DNA of 64,000 nucleotides from an uncultured Gammaproteobacteria bacterium (GCA_964389615.1 CAYMDW010000004.1:7001-71000), one strand, 5' to 3'; positions 1 to 12,594 are shown, counted from the stretch's first letter. Notes: generated by a model from the sequence alone, not told the origin. Numbers and translations: made by a program.

Positions 1-729
1 AGTCCTGGCGAAGCCGCAAGTTTATACAGAAATTTGCGAGCTGCCGCCGAATCAGGCTGGGATTTCAGTTCCCGGTGGTGTGTTGATCCCAAAAAGCTTC
101 ACAGTATTGAAACCACGCGCCTCGTTCCGGTCGATCTGAATGGATGGCTCTATCTCACCGAACTCTATTTGTCCGAATTCCATGAGGCCCTCGATCTCCC
201 CGCGATCGCTGATCTTTATCGCGATGCGGCCGCCACTCGCAAAGAAGCCTTGCTCAAATACACCTGGAATAAAGAGCTGGGATTCTTTTTCGATTATCAT
301 CTGGATCTTAAAACCACCACCAATCGCTGGGCACTCTCGGGCGTGATGCCTCTCTTTGCCTCGATAGCAACCCCCGCACAAGCAAAATTCGTTGCCAAGC
401 ATCTTGAAAATGAATTTTTGAAACATGGCGGTTTCGTCACAACACTCGTCAACTCCAGTGAACAATGGGATGCCCCGAATGGCTGGGCTCCACTGCAATG
501 GTTAGCAGTGAAGGGCTTGCTCAACTACGACCACAAGGCCCTTGCCAAAGAGGGAATCGATCGCTGGCTCCACACCAACGAAGCACTTTTCCATGAAACT
601 GGCCGCATGATGGAAAAATACAACGTCGAAGCCGTTCATGTCTTAGCTCGCGGCGGCGAGTATCCCTCGCAAGACGGATTCGGTTGGACGAATGGGATTG
701 CGCTGAAGTTTAGGGAAATATTGGGCTGA
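1..729 (+). CDS. Trehalase (glycoside hydrolase family 37), C-terminal part; 5' end outside window
   Basis: Reading frame is open from nt 1. Translation carries trehalase-type blocks ESGWDFSSRW, PNGWAPLQW and QDGFGWTNG. Confidence 0.85.
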   Translation, partial: SPGEAASLYRNLRAAAESGWDFSSRWCVDPKKLHSIETTRLVPVDLNGWLYLTELYLSEFHEALDLPAIADLYRDAAATRKEALLKYTWNKELGFFFDYHLDLKTTTNRWALSGVMPLFASIATPAQAKFVAKHLENEFLKHGGFVTTLVNSSEQWDAPNGWAPLQWLAVKGLLNYDHKALAKEGIDRWLHTNEALFHETGRMMEKYNVEAVHVLARGGEYPSQDGFGWTNGIALKFREILG

Positions 730-738
730 GGTTTGCGG

Positions 739-2001
739 ATGAACACCTGGATCCCACTCAGCACCCGGATGCGTCCCAGCACCCTAGAAGAATTCTCTGG
801 TCAAGATCATATCGTGGGACCCCACTCCCCCCTGCGTCGTAGTTTAGAAGCCAAACGCATCCACAGCATGATTTTTTGGGGCCCACCTGGGACAGGCAAA
901 ACCACCTTAGCGCATTTAATGGCAGAGCATTGCGAGGCCGATTTCCAGACCATGTCTGCCGTCTTAGCGGGTGTGAAAGAGATCCGTGAAGCCTGCGAGA
1001 ACGCCAAAAAATCACCTCGCCCCACGATTCTATTCATCGACGAGATTCATCGCTTCAACAAATCTCAGCAAGATGCTTTGCTGCCCCATGTAGAAGCAGG
1101 CACACTCACGCTCATCGGGGCAACGACTGAGAATCCGTCTTTTGCCTTAAATAATGCGCTTCTCTCACGCGCCAGGGTCTATGTCTTAAAATCCCTCGAC
1201 GAAGCGGCGCTTGTTTCATTATTGAAGCGCGCAGTGGCTCACGAACAGGGCCTCAACAATGCCATTATGATTGATGAAGCATTTTTGAAAGAAATGGCTC
1301 AACATTGTGACGGCGATGCGCGCCGTGCTTTGAATTGGCTCGAAATGGCTGCTGATTTAACTCCGCCAGGCACCTCCATGACCGAAGAAATTATGGCAAC
1401 TGTGCTTTCTGATCAACCTCTTCGATTCGATAAAGCGGGCGATGATTTTTATGATCAAATCTCAGCCTTGCATAAATCGGTCCGAGGTTCTGATCCTGAT
1501 GCTTCTCTGTATTGGTTCGCAAGGATGATTGTGAGCGGTTGTGATCCTTTGTACCTCGCCCGTCGCGTTTGCCGCATGGCTTCAGAAGACATCTGTAATG
1601 CAGATCCACGAGCACTTGAGCTTGCGATCAACGCCTGGCATGCCATGGAACGCATGGGCAGTCCCGAGGGGGAATTGGCACTCGCACAAGCAATCGTGTA
1701 CCTGGCCTGTGCTGCCAAATCGAATGCGACTTATCTTGCCTTCAATCAGGCGATGAGTGTGGCGGAAAATTCAGGGTCCTTGCCTGTTCCACTGCATTTA
1801 CGTAACGCTCCTACAAAACTCATGAAATCCCTCGATTATGGGAAAGAATACCGATACGCGCATGATGAGCCTCATGCCTACGCGGCAGGGGTTCATTATT
1901 TTCCAGAGGGAATGAAAAAACAATGTTTTTATCGACCGGTGGATCGGGGAATGGAAATTAAGATTCGTGAAAAACTGGCGTTTTTGAAATCGATATCGTG
2001 A
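739..2001 (+). CDS. rarA: Replication-associated recombination protein A (MgsA/RarA AAA+ ATPase)
   Basis: Walker [10 protein letters not shown], Walker [20 protein letters not shown] sensor block, C-terminal MgsA lid ([12 protein letters not shown]). GAGG lies 7 nt upstream of ATG 739; the ORF track starts at TTG 733. Confidence 0.93.
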   Translation: MNTWIPLSTRMRPSTLEEFSGQDHIVGPHSPLRRSLEAKRIHSMIFWGPPGTGKTTLAHLMAEHCEADFQTMSAVLAGVKEIREACENAKKSPRPTILFIDEIHRFNKSQQDALLPHVEAGTLTLIGATTENPSFALNNALLSRARVYVLKSLDEAALVSLLKRAVAHEQGLNNAIMIDEAFLKEMAQHCDGDARRALNWLEMAADLTPPGTSMTEEIMATVLSDQPLRFDKAGDDFYDQISALHKSVRGSDPDASLYWFARMIVSGCDPLYLARRVCRMASEDICNADPRALELAINAWHAMERMGSPEGELALAQAIVYLACAAKSNATYLAFNQAMSVAENSGSLPVPLHLRNAPTKLMKSLDYGKEYRYAHDEPHAYAAGVHYFPEGMKKQCFYRPVDRGMEIKIREKLAFLKSIS

Positions 2002-2036
2002 GGTCAAAATCATACTGACTCGATGTGGAAATTTTA

Positions 2037-3443
2037 ATGAATATGAGCCTCGACAAAATGCCCGTAGAGATAATTTTGGCCATCGCAAAGCAATTGGTCA
2101 TTCATACACTCATCGAATTTTCATCGAGCTCAAAACGAATTTATCAGATTATCAATAACCCTGAAAATGAAATATGGAAGGATTTTTATAAGCGCGACTT
2201 CCCAAAGGCCGAGCTGCCGACTCATCATGATTACAAAGAAGCCTATAAAACTCAGTATAAAATTATTGCGCTTCAAGCCAAAAAAGATCTTGAAATCGCG
2301 ATTCGCGATGATAAGGTCGAGAATGTCAAAAAAATACTCCAACAGTTTCCTGGTGCCGTGAAATGGGTTGATGAATGGGGCCTAACCCCATTGCATTCAG
2401 CGACATCCCGTACTGAGATCTTTAAGATCATTTTGGATATGCCGGATACGGATGTGGAAGCAGTGTTTTACGGCGGTCTCACCGTATTACACAAAGTTTG
2501 TCACCTCAAAAATTCCGATGCGCTCAAGCTACTGCTAGCAAAGGGTTCCGTGAATGTTAACGCCAAAAATATTGCCGGTAATACCGCATTGCATTTTGCG
2601 ATCTCAGATTGCAACGCCGAGCATGTCAAATTGCTACTGAACACACCAGGAATTGAGGTCAATGCCAAAAACACATCGGGTAAATCGGCCTTCGATGTTG
2701 CATTTGACAAAGGATACTCTGGAATAATTCAAATACTCCTCGCCACTCTGGGGATTAATGTTTATTTATCCGAGGGTCGAGGTAGAACTCCCTTGCATTT
2801 TGAAGCACTGCTCGGAAACCATCATACGGTATATCGGTTGCTCAATGAGGGAAAAATAGATCTCAATCAAAAAGAAGAACATGGATACACCGCACTGCAC
2901 TGCGCAACCCTTTGCGGCCATACCTTGGCAGCGAAAACGCTGATTTCGAGGGAGCTGATTGATCTGAATATTGGAGATGATTCCAACAATACAGCGCTTC
3001 ACTTAGCATGCCGCAAGGCAGACTTTCCAGTCGTCAAGGATCTGATTTCAACAGGAAAGTGCGAAATTAATGCGAAGAATCGCGATGGACACACCCCTCT
3101 TCATCTGGCAGTACTCACTTATGGTAATACTAACATCGTCAAATTATTATTGAGGACACCTCAGCTAGATGTCAATTCAGTAAACTCCAGAGGAGATACC
3201 GCCTTGCATCTTGCAACTAGTGCTTGCAATGCAGACTCAGCGATAAGTCTTCTCGAAAGAATCGATCTTAATCCTTATCTGAAGAACTGCGACGGGCATA
3301 CAGCATTTGATTTGGTCGGATTATCTCATCCGCCTATGTTCACTCATTTGTACGATAAATATCGATTGGCTCATCGAAGTACCGAACCAAAGCATACAGA
3401 TCATTTATCATCAGAATCCAAATCGTCTTGTAGGTTTTTATAA
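2037..3443 (+). CDS. F-box-like + ankyrin-repeat protein (about 10 ANK repeats), paralog 1; ends in CaaX-like CRFL
   Basis: N-terminus LDKMPVEIILAIAKQL...SSSKRIYQIIN...IWKDFYKRDF fits the F-box consensus (LPxEI..I...L....SKR.Y.....LW). Repeated G.T(P/A)LH.A...G....V..LL motifs follow. Start chosen at ATG 2037 by homology to paralog 3 (MNLELNKMP); the ORF track starts at GTG 2025. Confidence 0.85.
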   Translation: MNMSLDKMPVEIILAIAKQLVIHTLIEFSSSSKRIYQIINNPENEIWKDFYKRDFPKAELPTHHDYKEAYKTQYKIIALQAKKDLEIAIRDDKVENVKKILQQFPGAVKWVDEWGLTPLHSATSRTEIFKIILDMPDTDVEAVFYGGLTVLHKVCHLKNSDALKLLLAKGSVNVNAKNIAGNTALHFAISDCNAEHVKLLLNTPGIEVNAKNTSGKSAFDVAFDKGYSGIIQILLATLGINVYLSEGRGRTPLHFEALLGNHHTVYRLLNEGKIDLNQKEEHGYTALHCATLCGHTLAAKTLISRELIDLNIGDDSNNTALHLACRKADFPVVKDLISTGKCEINAKNRDGHTPLHLAVLTYGNTNIVKLLLRTPQLDVNSVNSRGDTALHLATSACNADSAISLLERIDLNPYLKNCDGHTAFDLVGLSHPPMFTHLYDKYRLAHRSTEPKHTDHLSSESKSSCRFL

Positions 3444-3491
3444 GGTGAGGAATGAATGTCAAAATCATACTCACTCGATGTGGAAATTTTA

Positions 3492-4688
3492 ATGAATATC
3501 AGCCTCGACAAAATGCCCGTAGAGATGATTTTGGCCATCGCAAAGCAATTGGTCATTCATACACTCATCAAATTTTCATCGAGCTCAAAACGAATTTATC
3601 AGATTATCAATATCCATAAAAATGAAATATGGGAGCATTTTTATAATCGCGACTTCCCGAAGGCCGAGCTGCCGACCCATCATGATTACAAAAAAGCCTA
3701 TCAAATTCAGTATAAAATTATTGCGTCTCAAGCCAAAAAAGATCTTGAATGCGCGATTCTCGATGATAAGGTCGAGAATGTCAAAAAAATACTCCAACAG
3801 TTTCCTTGTGCCGTTAAATGGGTTGATGAATGGGGCAGAACCCCATTGCATTCGGCGAAATACAATACTGAGATCTTTAAGATCATTTTGGATATGCCGG
3901 ATACGGATGTGGAAGCAGTGGAACGCAACGATTTTACTGTATTACACATAGTCTGTTCCAATAATATGATCAATGCACTCAGGCTTTTGCTAGCAAAGGG
4001 TTCAGTGAATGTTAACGCCAAAAATAGTGCCGGTGATACCGCATTGCATTTAGCGGTCATAAGTAACCACGCTGACATAGTCCGGTTGTTAGTGATGGCA
4101 CCAGGGATTGAGGTCAATGCCAAAAATAATTCTGGTCGAACGGCCTTGGATCTTGGATTACACCATAATTGCTGTGAATCAATTAAAATACTCCTCGCCA
4201 TTCCTGGAATTGAGGTTTATTTAGCCGAGGGTCGCGGTAGAACTCCCTTGCATTTTCAAGCACTGCTCGGAAACGCTAGAGCGATAGATCAGTTGCTCAA
4301 TGACGAAAAAATAGATCTCAATCAAAAAGAAGAACATGGATACACCGCGCTGCACTGCGCGAGCTCTTGCGGCAATAGGTTGGCGGTGGAAACGCTGCTT
4401 TCGAGTGAGCTGATTGATCTGAATATTGGAGATGATTCCAACAATACAGCGCTTCACTTAGCATGCCGGAATGGTCACGATAATGTCGTCAAGGCTCTGG
4501 TTTCAACAGGGAGGGCCGAAATTAATGCGAAGAATCGCGATGGATACACCCCTAATCTTCTGGCAGTACACCCTTTTTATAATGCCTACATCGTCAAATT
4601 ATTGAGTACACCTCAGGTAAATGCCAATCCAGTAAACTCCGAAGGAAAGACCGCCTTCGAATCCAAATCGTCTCGTGGGTTTTCATAA
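3492..4688 (+). CDS. F-box-like + ankyrin-repeat protein, paralog 2 (recent tandem duplicate of paralog 1, C-terminally shortened)
   Basis: Its 5' ~450 nt are nearly identical to 2037-2480 at an offset of 1455 nt. Same F-box block (LDKMPVEMILAIAKQL). ANK repeats are present, one degenerate (TPNLLAV). The tail is ESKSSRGFS, with Cys replaced by Arg relative to paralog 1. The ORF track starts at 3456. Confidence 0.8.
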   Translation: MNISLDKMPVEMILAIAKQLVIHTLIKFSSSSKRIYQIINIHKNEIWEHFYNRDFPKAELPTHHDYKKAYQIQYKIIASQAKKDLECAILDDKVENVKKILQQFPCAVKWVDEWGRTPLHSAKYNTEIFKIILDMPDTDVEAVERNDFTVLHIVCSNNMINALRLLLAKGSVNVNAKNSAGDTALHLAVISNHADIVRLLVMAPGIEVNAKNNSGRTALDLGLHHNCCESIKILLAIPGIEVYLAEGRGRTPLHFQALLGNARAIDQLLNDEKIDLNQKEEHGYTALHCASSCGNRLAVETLLSSELIDLNIGDDSNNTALHLACRNGHDNVVKALVSTGRAEINAKNRDGYTPNLLAVHPFYNAYIVKLLSTPQVNANPVNSEGKTAFESKSSRGFS

Positions 4689-4701
4689 GGTGAGGAATGA
4701 A

Positions 4702-4841
4702 TGTCAAATGCGCGCATTTGCGGGCGAATTGCATGGAGTACCATGCGTATTCGCCCCTACGCACAGTTCTGAATCGTGCGTAGGGAGGAATCCGGCCGGT
4801 ACTCCGGCCAATTCCTCCGCAAGCCCGCAGGGCTTGTCAAA
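4702..4841. repeat. Structured ~126-bp MITE/REP-like element, copy A, flanked by TGTCAAA direct repeats
   Basis: Body 4709-4834 is repeated at 6203-6329. Flanking TGTCAAA at 4702-4708 and 4835-4841. Internal stems: CCTACGCAC/GTGCGTAGG (4756-4764/4776-4784); GAGGAAT..GGCCGG-TACT-CCGGCC.ATTCCTC (4785-4817); TGCGGGC/GCCCGCA (4719-4725/4823-4829). No coding capacity. Confidence 0.75.
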
Positions 4842-4850
4842 ATCATCCCC

Positions 4851-4879
4851 TTGACAAAGCCAGCTGATTACCTTATAAT
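4851..4879 (+). promoter_or_regulatory. Consensus sigma70-type promoter for F-box/ANK paralog 3
   Basis: TTGACA (4851-4856), a 17-nt spacer, then TATAAT (4874-4879), about 30 nt upstream of ATG 4910. Confidence 0.65.
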
Positions 4880-4909
4880 GACCCCTTCTCCACTCCCCTG
4901 TAGGTTATT

Positions 4910-6184
4910 ATGAATCTTGAACTCAACAAAATGCCCCCAGAGATTATTTTGGCCATCGCGGAGCAAATGGATATCGGTACGTTCATTCAATTTTCAACGA
5001 GCGTTAAGCGTATTTATCAGATTATCAATGGGCCTAACGATAGACTATGGCAGCATTTTCATAAGCGCGATTTCCCGAATGCCATCCAGCCGAGCAATGG
5101 GGATTTTAAACAAGCCTACAAAGAAGAATATCAAAAAGCGCGCGAGCTTGCTGCTGCGATAGCCAAAAAGGATCTTAAATCAGCGATTGAGGCAAATGAA
5201 ACTGATAAGGTGGAAAAAATCCTCCAACAATATCCTCAAGGAGGGAGCTGGGTTTATGAAAAAGGTAAAACGCCGCTTCATTTGGCACTCACGAAACCCA
5301 AACTCTTTGAAGTCATTTTGAAAACGCCTCACGCGGATGTGAATGAAAGAGATCCCGGAGGTCATCCCCTATTGTATGATGCTGTCATCTATGGCTCATC
5401 TGAGACTGTCAAGTGTTTAGTCGATTCCCCCAAAATTGAGATCAATGCTCAAAGCAAATGGGGTAGCACCGCTTTTGATATGGTATTAAGATTTGGAAAA
5501 TTTGAAATCATACCCATGATGCTCCCTAAGCTGCGGATGGATGATTTTTTAAAACAGGGTAAAGGGAGAACCGCCTTGCATTTCGAAGCCATGTCTGGGA
5601 ATACTGAAAAGGTAAACCAACTGCTTTTTGACCCTGCGCTTGATGTCAATCAAAAAGAAGAACATCAATACACCGCATTGCACTACGCGAGTTTTTGCGG
5701 TCAAACCGAGGCAGTGAAATCACTGCTCTCAAGCCCTTTCGTCGATCTGGAGGTTAAAGATTATAGGGGCAATACCGCGCTTCACCTTGCCTGTGCGCAT
5801 GGGAACGATGAGACAGTGAAATACTTGCTCTCGTCAGAAAGATTTGATCTCCATGCGCGGAATTACAATCGCTATACGCCGCTGCATGAGGCCGTATTAA
5901 ATAAGAATATCGAGGTGGTGAAACTATTGGTGAGCATGCCCGAGGTGGATGTGAATTGTGTGGGGTTTGGCAATCAAACGCCCTTGATCATTGCAGCTGA
6001 TCAGAGTGATCTGAGTTCAGCAACAACTCTACTCGAAAGAACGGATCTGGATCCTTATATTGGAAATGATCTAGGAGAAACAGCCTTCGATTTGGCGGAA
6101 AGGTCGTTATTGAGTGAAATCCGAGATTTATTCAATCGGTATAAATCGGCCCGTTCATCGGCGATGAAGCGAAAAGCGTTTTGA
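4910..6184 (+). CDS. F-box-like + ankyrin-repeat protein, paralog 3 (diverged)
   Basis: LNKMPPEIILAIAEQM...SVKRIYQIIN...LWQHFHKRDFP F-box-like block, followed by ANK repeats (GKTPLHLA, GRTALHFEA, YTALHYA, GNTALHLA, YTPLHEA). Confidence 0.85.
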   Translation: MNLELNKMPPEIILAIAEQMDIGTFIQFSTSVKRIYQIINGPNDRLWQHFHKRDFPNAIQPSNGDFKQAYKEEYQKARELAAAIAKKDLKSAIEANETDKVEKILQQYPQGGSWVYEKGKTPLHLALTKPKLFEVILKTPHADVNERDPGGHPLLYDAVIYGSSETVKCLVDSPKIEINAQSKWGSTAFDMVLRFGKFEIIPMMLPKLRMDDFLKQGKGRTALHFEAMSGNTEKVNQLLFDPALDVNQKEEHQYTALHYASFCGQTEAVKSLLSSPFVDLEVKDYRGNTALHLACAHGNDETVKYLLSSERFDLHARNYNRYTPLHEAVLNKNIEVVKLLVSMPEVDVNCVGFGNQTPLIIAADQSDLSSATTLLERTDLDPYIGNDLGETAFDLAERSLLSEIRDLFNRYKSARSSAMKRKAF

Positions 6185-6195
6185 TGAGGAAGGAA

Positions 6196-6336
6196 TGTCA
6201 AATGCGGGGCATTTGCGGGCGAATTGCATGGAGTACCATGCGGATTCGCCCCTACGCACAATTCTGAATCGTGCGTAGGGATGAATACGGCCGGTACTCC
6301 GGCCAATTCATCCGCAAGCCCGCAGGGATTGTCAAA
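6196..6336. repeat. Structured MITE/REP-like element, copy B, flanked by TGTCAAA
   Basis: Body 6203-6329 aligns with 4709-4834, with a handful of substitutions and one 1-nt indel. Flanking TGTCAAA at 6196-6202 and 6330-6336. It fills the convergent gap between the paralog 3 stop (6184) and the serS stop (6339). Confidence 0.75.
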
Positions 6337-6338
6337 GA

Positions 6339-7622
<1,284 letters not shown>

Positions 7623-7626
7623 TTAT

Positions 7627-8247
7627 TTAAGGAGCGTCGCTCGTAATGACGTCCACCCCTGGCGGGGGCGTGAATCGAAATAAATCTTGGGGCAGGGTTT
7701 CATTGATTTTGATTTGTGAGAATTCAATGGTGACGACCTGATGGAGATTATCGATCAGTTCCATTTTTGCAATGACCGAGCCCTTGAAGGTGAGCTTGAC
7801 ATCACGAACCAGACTGTCTTCGCCGATGGGAAGCAAATGAAAGGTTTGTTCGCCAAAACCTGTGTCTTCACTTCTGACCTTGAAGTGATCAGTCACGCCC
7901 TTGGGATCTCCCGCGAGAAGCAAGGCAGGCGTGTCTTTGAGATTATCTTGCAGAGGTTGAACGGTGACCTGCTCCAGATCAGCGTCGTAAACCCACAGTT
8001 TTTTACCGTCAGCAATCAATAATTGCTGATAGGGTTGTTCGACTTCCCAGCGAAATTGATTCGGGCGCTCTAACAAAGCCCTCCCTTGCACGACTTTTTT
8101 GTCTTTGAATTTAGGGTCGACTGTGGTTTGGACGTAGGATGCGCGCAAGGTTTTCATGGTGGTGAGCAAGGCGTTGAGCTCGTTGGCAGGGGTGGCGAGG
8201 GCTTGAAGCGTGAACAATAAAAAGAAACAGGAAAGCAGGTATTTCAT
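7627..8247 (-). CDS. lolA: Outer-membrane lipoprotein carrier protein LolA
   Basis: Signal peptide MKYLLSCFFLLFTLQALA and LolA-like length and beta-rich sequence. Synteny ftsK-lolA. GAGG lies 6 nt upstream of ATG 8247; the ORF track starts at 8265. Confidence 0.85.
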   Translation of the reverse strand: MKYLLSCFFLLFTLQALATPANELNALLTTMKTLRASYVQTTVDPKFKDKKVVQGRALLERPNQFRWEVEQPYQQLLIADGKKLWVYDADLEQVTVQPLQDNLKDTPALLLAGDPKGVTDHFKVRSEDTGFGEQTFHLLPIGEDSLVRDVKLTFKGSVIAKMELIDNLHQVVTIEFSQIKINETLPQDLFRFTPPPGVDVITSDAP

Positions 8248-8280
8248 GAAAACCTCAATATTCATCAGGCAAACGAGCGA

Positions 8281-10635
8281 TTAATTTCCGCCCTTCGCAT
8301 GAGGGACCAACAACTCACGGCTTCCGTTCGATTGCATCGGAGAAACCAATCCAGCGGCTTCCATTTGTTCAATTAAGCGGGCAGCGCGGTTATAGCCGAT
8401 TTTCAAGCGACGCTGAACCATTGAAATCGATGCCCTGCCCGATTCTATCACAGCTTCGACCGCTTGGTCATACAGAGGATCAGACTCAGGATCGCTTTCC
8501 TCGTCATCGAACTCAGGCAGGACTAGTGCAGCCATGCCAAAGCCCCCCGCTCCACTGACAATTTCGTCGAGATAATCTGGACGACCGCGTTTTTTCCAAT
8601 CGTTCACACAGGCGTGAACCTCTTGATCGGAAACAAAGGCCCCGTGGATACGGGTCGGAATCCCAGCGCCGACAGGCAGGTAAAGCATATCGCCCTTGCC
8701 CAAGAGCTGTTCTGCGCCTTGCTGATCTAAAATGGTGCGAGAATCAATACGAGAAGCGACCTGGAAAGCGATCCGAGTGGGGACGTTGGCTTTGATCAAG
8801 CCGGTGATCACATCCACCGAGGGACGCTGGGTCGCCAAAATCAAATGAATTCCTGCCGCACGTGCTTTTTGGGCAATCCGAGCGATCAGCTCTTCGACTT
8901 TTTTGCCCACCACCATGATCATGTCGGCAAATTCATCGACCACGACGACGATGTAAGGCAGATTTTGAAGTTCGCTGGGTTCATCGTCGGGATCCACCGC
9001 TTTGAACAAGGGATCCATGATGGGCTGATTATTGGCCTTGGCCTCTAAAACCTTGCGATTATAACTGGCAAGATTACGCACCCCCAGGGCAGCCATCAAA
9101 CGATAACGGCGCTCCATTTCCGCAACGCACCATTTAAGGGCATTGGCGGCTTCTTTCATGTCGGTGACGACGGGCGCCAATAAATGCGGAATATCATCAT
9201 AGACCGAGAGCTCGAGCATTTTAGGGTCGATCATGATCAGACGCACTTCTTCGGGAGTCGCCTTGAATAAAATACTGAGCAGCATGCCATTGAGCCCCAC
9301 CGACTTACCCGAGCCAGTGGTTCCCGCGACCAATAAGTGCGGCATTTTGCCTAAGTCAGCGACCGTCGGAACCCCCGCAATGTCCTTGCCTAAGGCAATG
9401 GTGAGAGGAGAAGCAGCATTTTGATAAGCTTCAGAACCGAAGAGCTCGCTCAAATACACGGTTTGTCGATGCACATTCGGTAATTCCAACCCCACATACG
9501 GTTTACCCGGAATAATTTCGACCACACGCACGCTGACCATGGCCAAGGAACGAGCCAGGTCTTTGGCAAGACCCGTAATTTTGCTGGCCTTGATCCCGGC
9601 GGCCAGTTGCAACTCATAACGGGTGATCACAGGCCCGGGGTGAACCGCGACGACTTGAGCCTCTACATTGAAATCAGCCAATTTGGATTCGACCAATCGC
9701 GACATCTCGTGCAGGGCCTCTTCGGAATAAATCGCCTCTTCTTTGTGCGCAGGAATATCCAGCAAAGACAAAGAAGGCATCGGGCCATCGGGCCCCTGAT
9801 TAAATAGAGGCACTTGCTGAGCGACCGTATTTTTGCGACGAATCACACGAATTTTTTCGGAGATACTGGGCACCTCTTCTTCCAGCGGAACAGGCGCAGG
9901 AGCCGACTTAGGCTTGGGCAGGCGCAGGACCGGTTCTTTTTTAGGAGTTGAAATCACTGTGCGACTGAGTTGACGCGCCTGATGCCAACGAATCAAACGC
10001 TGTTTTGCCTGGATTAAACCACGCTGAGAGGCACGTAAGAACTTCAAAATCGTGCGGCCCGTTTTATCCATCAGTCGTAACCAAGAGAGGCCGGTCGCAA
10101 AGGTGATCCCGACCAAAAAACTGGTGAGCAATAATAAGGTAGAGCCTGTGATATGCAAGGATCCCAGCATCCATTCGCTGAGGGTGATCCCCAAAATACC
10201 GCCGGCCCCAAAAGGATAGGTCGAAGCATAATCGGCGAAATAAATACTGGCCAGGGTACACCCAGAAACCAGCGCGAGGCAAAAGCCAGAAACACGCATG
10301 GAAAGCAAAGGATAATCGAGTTCGGAGGGTTCATGGCGATGTAAAAATAAAAATGCACTGCTCAAGGCCACCATGGCCGGAAAACCAAAGGCCAGTGCCC
10401 CAAACAGGCTGATCAAGACATCCGCGCACCAAGCGCCCATGGGGCCAGCAGCATTCAGAATAGTGCCATGACCACTGACCTGCGACCAGCCCGGATCATG
10501 GTGGCTGAAGGTGGTCAGGGCAAGTAAAAAAAACATGGCGAAAGAAAGCTGAAGAATGAACGCCCCTTCACGCAGGCGAAAACCAAGGGCAGATCCTGAT
10601 TTTGATTGTTTAGCGGCTGATTTCTGTTTTTTCAT
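8281..10635 (-). CDS. ftsK: DNA translocase FtsK
   Basis: N-terminal TM helices, Pro-rich linker, motor with Walker A GTTGSGKS and Walker [12 protein letters not shown]-terminal gamma winged helix ([24 protein letters not shown]). Confidence 0.95.
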   Translation of the reverse strand: MKKQKSAAKQSKSGSALGFRLREGAFILQLSFAMFFLLALTTFSHHDPGWSQVSGHGTILNAAGPMGAWCADVLISLFGALAFGFPAMVALSSAFLFLHRHEPSELDYPLLSMRVSGFCLALVSGCTLASIYFADYASTYPFGAGGILGITLSEWMLGSLHITGSTLLLLTSFLVGITFATGLSWLRLMDKTGRTILKFLRASQRGLIQAKQRLIRWHQARQLSRTVISTPKKEPVLRLPKPKSAPAPVPLEEEVPSISEKIRVIRRKNTVAQQVPLFNQGPDGPMPSLSLLDIPAHKEEAIYSEEALHEMSRLVESKLADFNVEAQVVAVHPGPVITRYELQLAAGIKASKITGLAKDLARSLAMVSVRVVEIIPGKPYVGLELPNVHRQTVYLSELFGSEAYQNAASPLTIALGKDIAGVPTVADLGKMPHLLVAGTTGSGKSVGLNGMLLSILFKATPEEVRLIMIDPKMLELSVYDDIPHLLAPVVTDMKEAANALKWCVAEMERRYRLMAALGVRNLASYNRKVLEAKANNQPIMDPLFKAVDPDDEPSELQNLPYIVVVVDEFADMIMVVGKKVEELIARIAQKARAAGIHLILATQRPSVDVITGLIKANVPTRIAFQVASRIDSRTILDQQGAEQLLGKGDMLYLPVGAGIPTRIHGAFVSDQEVHACVNDWKKRGRPDYLDEIVSGAGGFGMAALVLPEFDDEESDPESDPLYDQAVEAVIESGRASISMVQRRLKIGYNRAARLIEQMEAAGLVSPMQSNGSRELLVPHAKGGN

Positions 10636-10717
10636 GGTTTCTTGGTATTTCCCGGCAGTTTTTTATTATAGAATAGCTTTCAATATCTTATGTAGTTTAG
10701 CACCTGTGGGGTTCAAC

Positions 10718-12588
<1,871 letters not shown>

Positions 12589-12594
12589 TCAGGC

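Noticed and set aside
52-524. Minus-strand ORFs (148 aa and 75 aa) and a 68-aa plus-strand ORF inside the trehalase gene
   Set aside because: They overlap a frame with clear GH37 trehalase motifs. They have no SD and no recognisable content. They are typical shadow ORFs, and the same reasoning applies to most short antisense ORFs in the track.
3492-4688. Calling F-box/ANK paralog 2 a pseudogene
   Set aside because: It is shortened, has a degenerate ANK repeat and has lost the terminal Cys. But the reading frame is intact from the conserved start to a stop, so I keep it as a CDS and only flag possible decay.
10556-10717. N-terminal extension of the lipoprotein ORF overlapping the ftsK 5' end by 80 nt
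   Set aside because: The extension has no signal-peptide logic. A lipobox-containing signal peptide starts at 10718/10730, so a downstream start is preferred.
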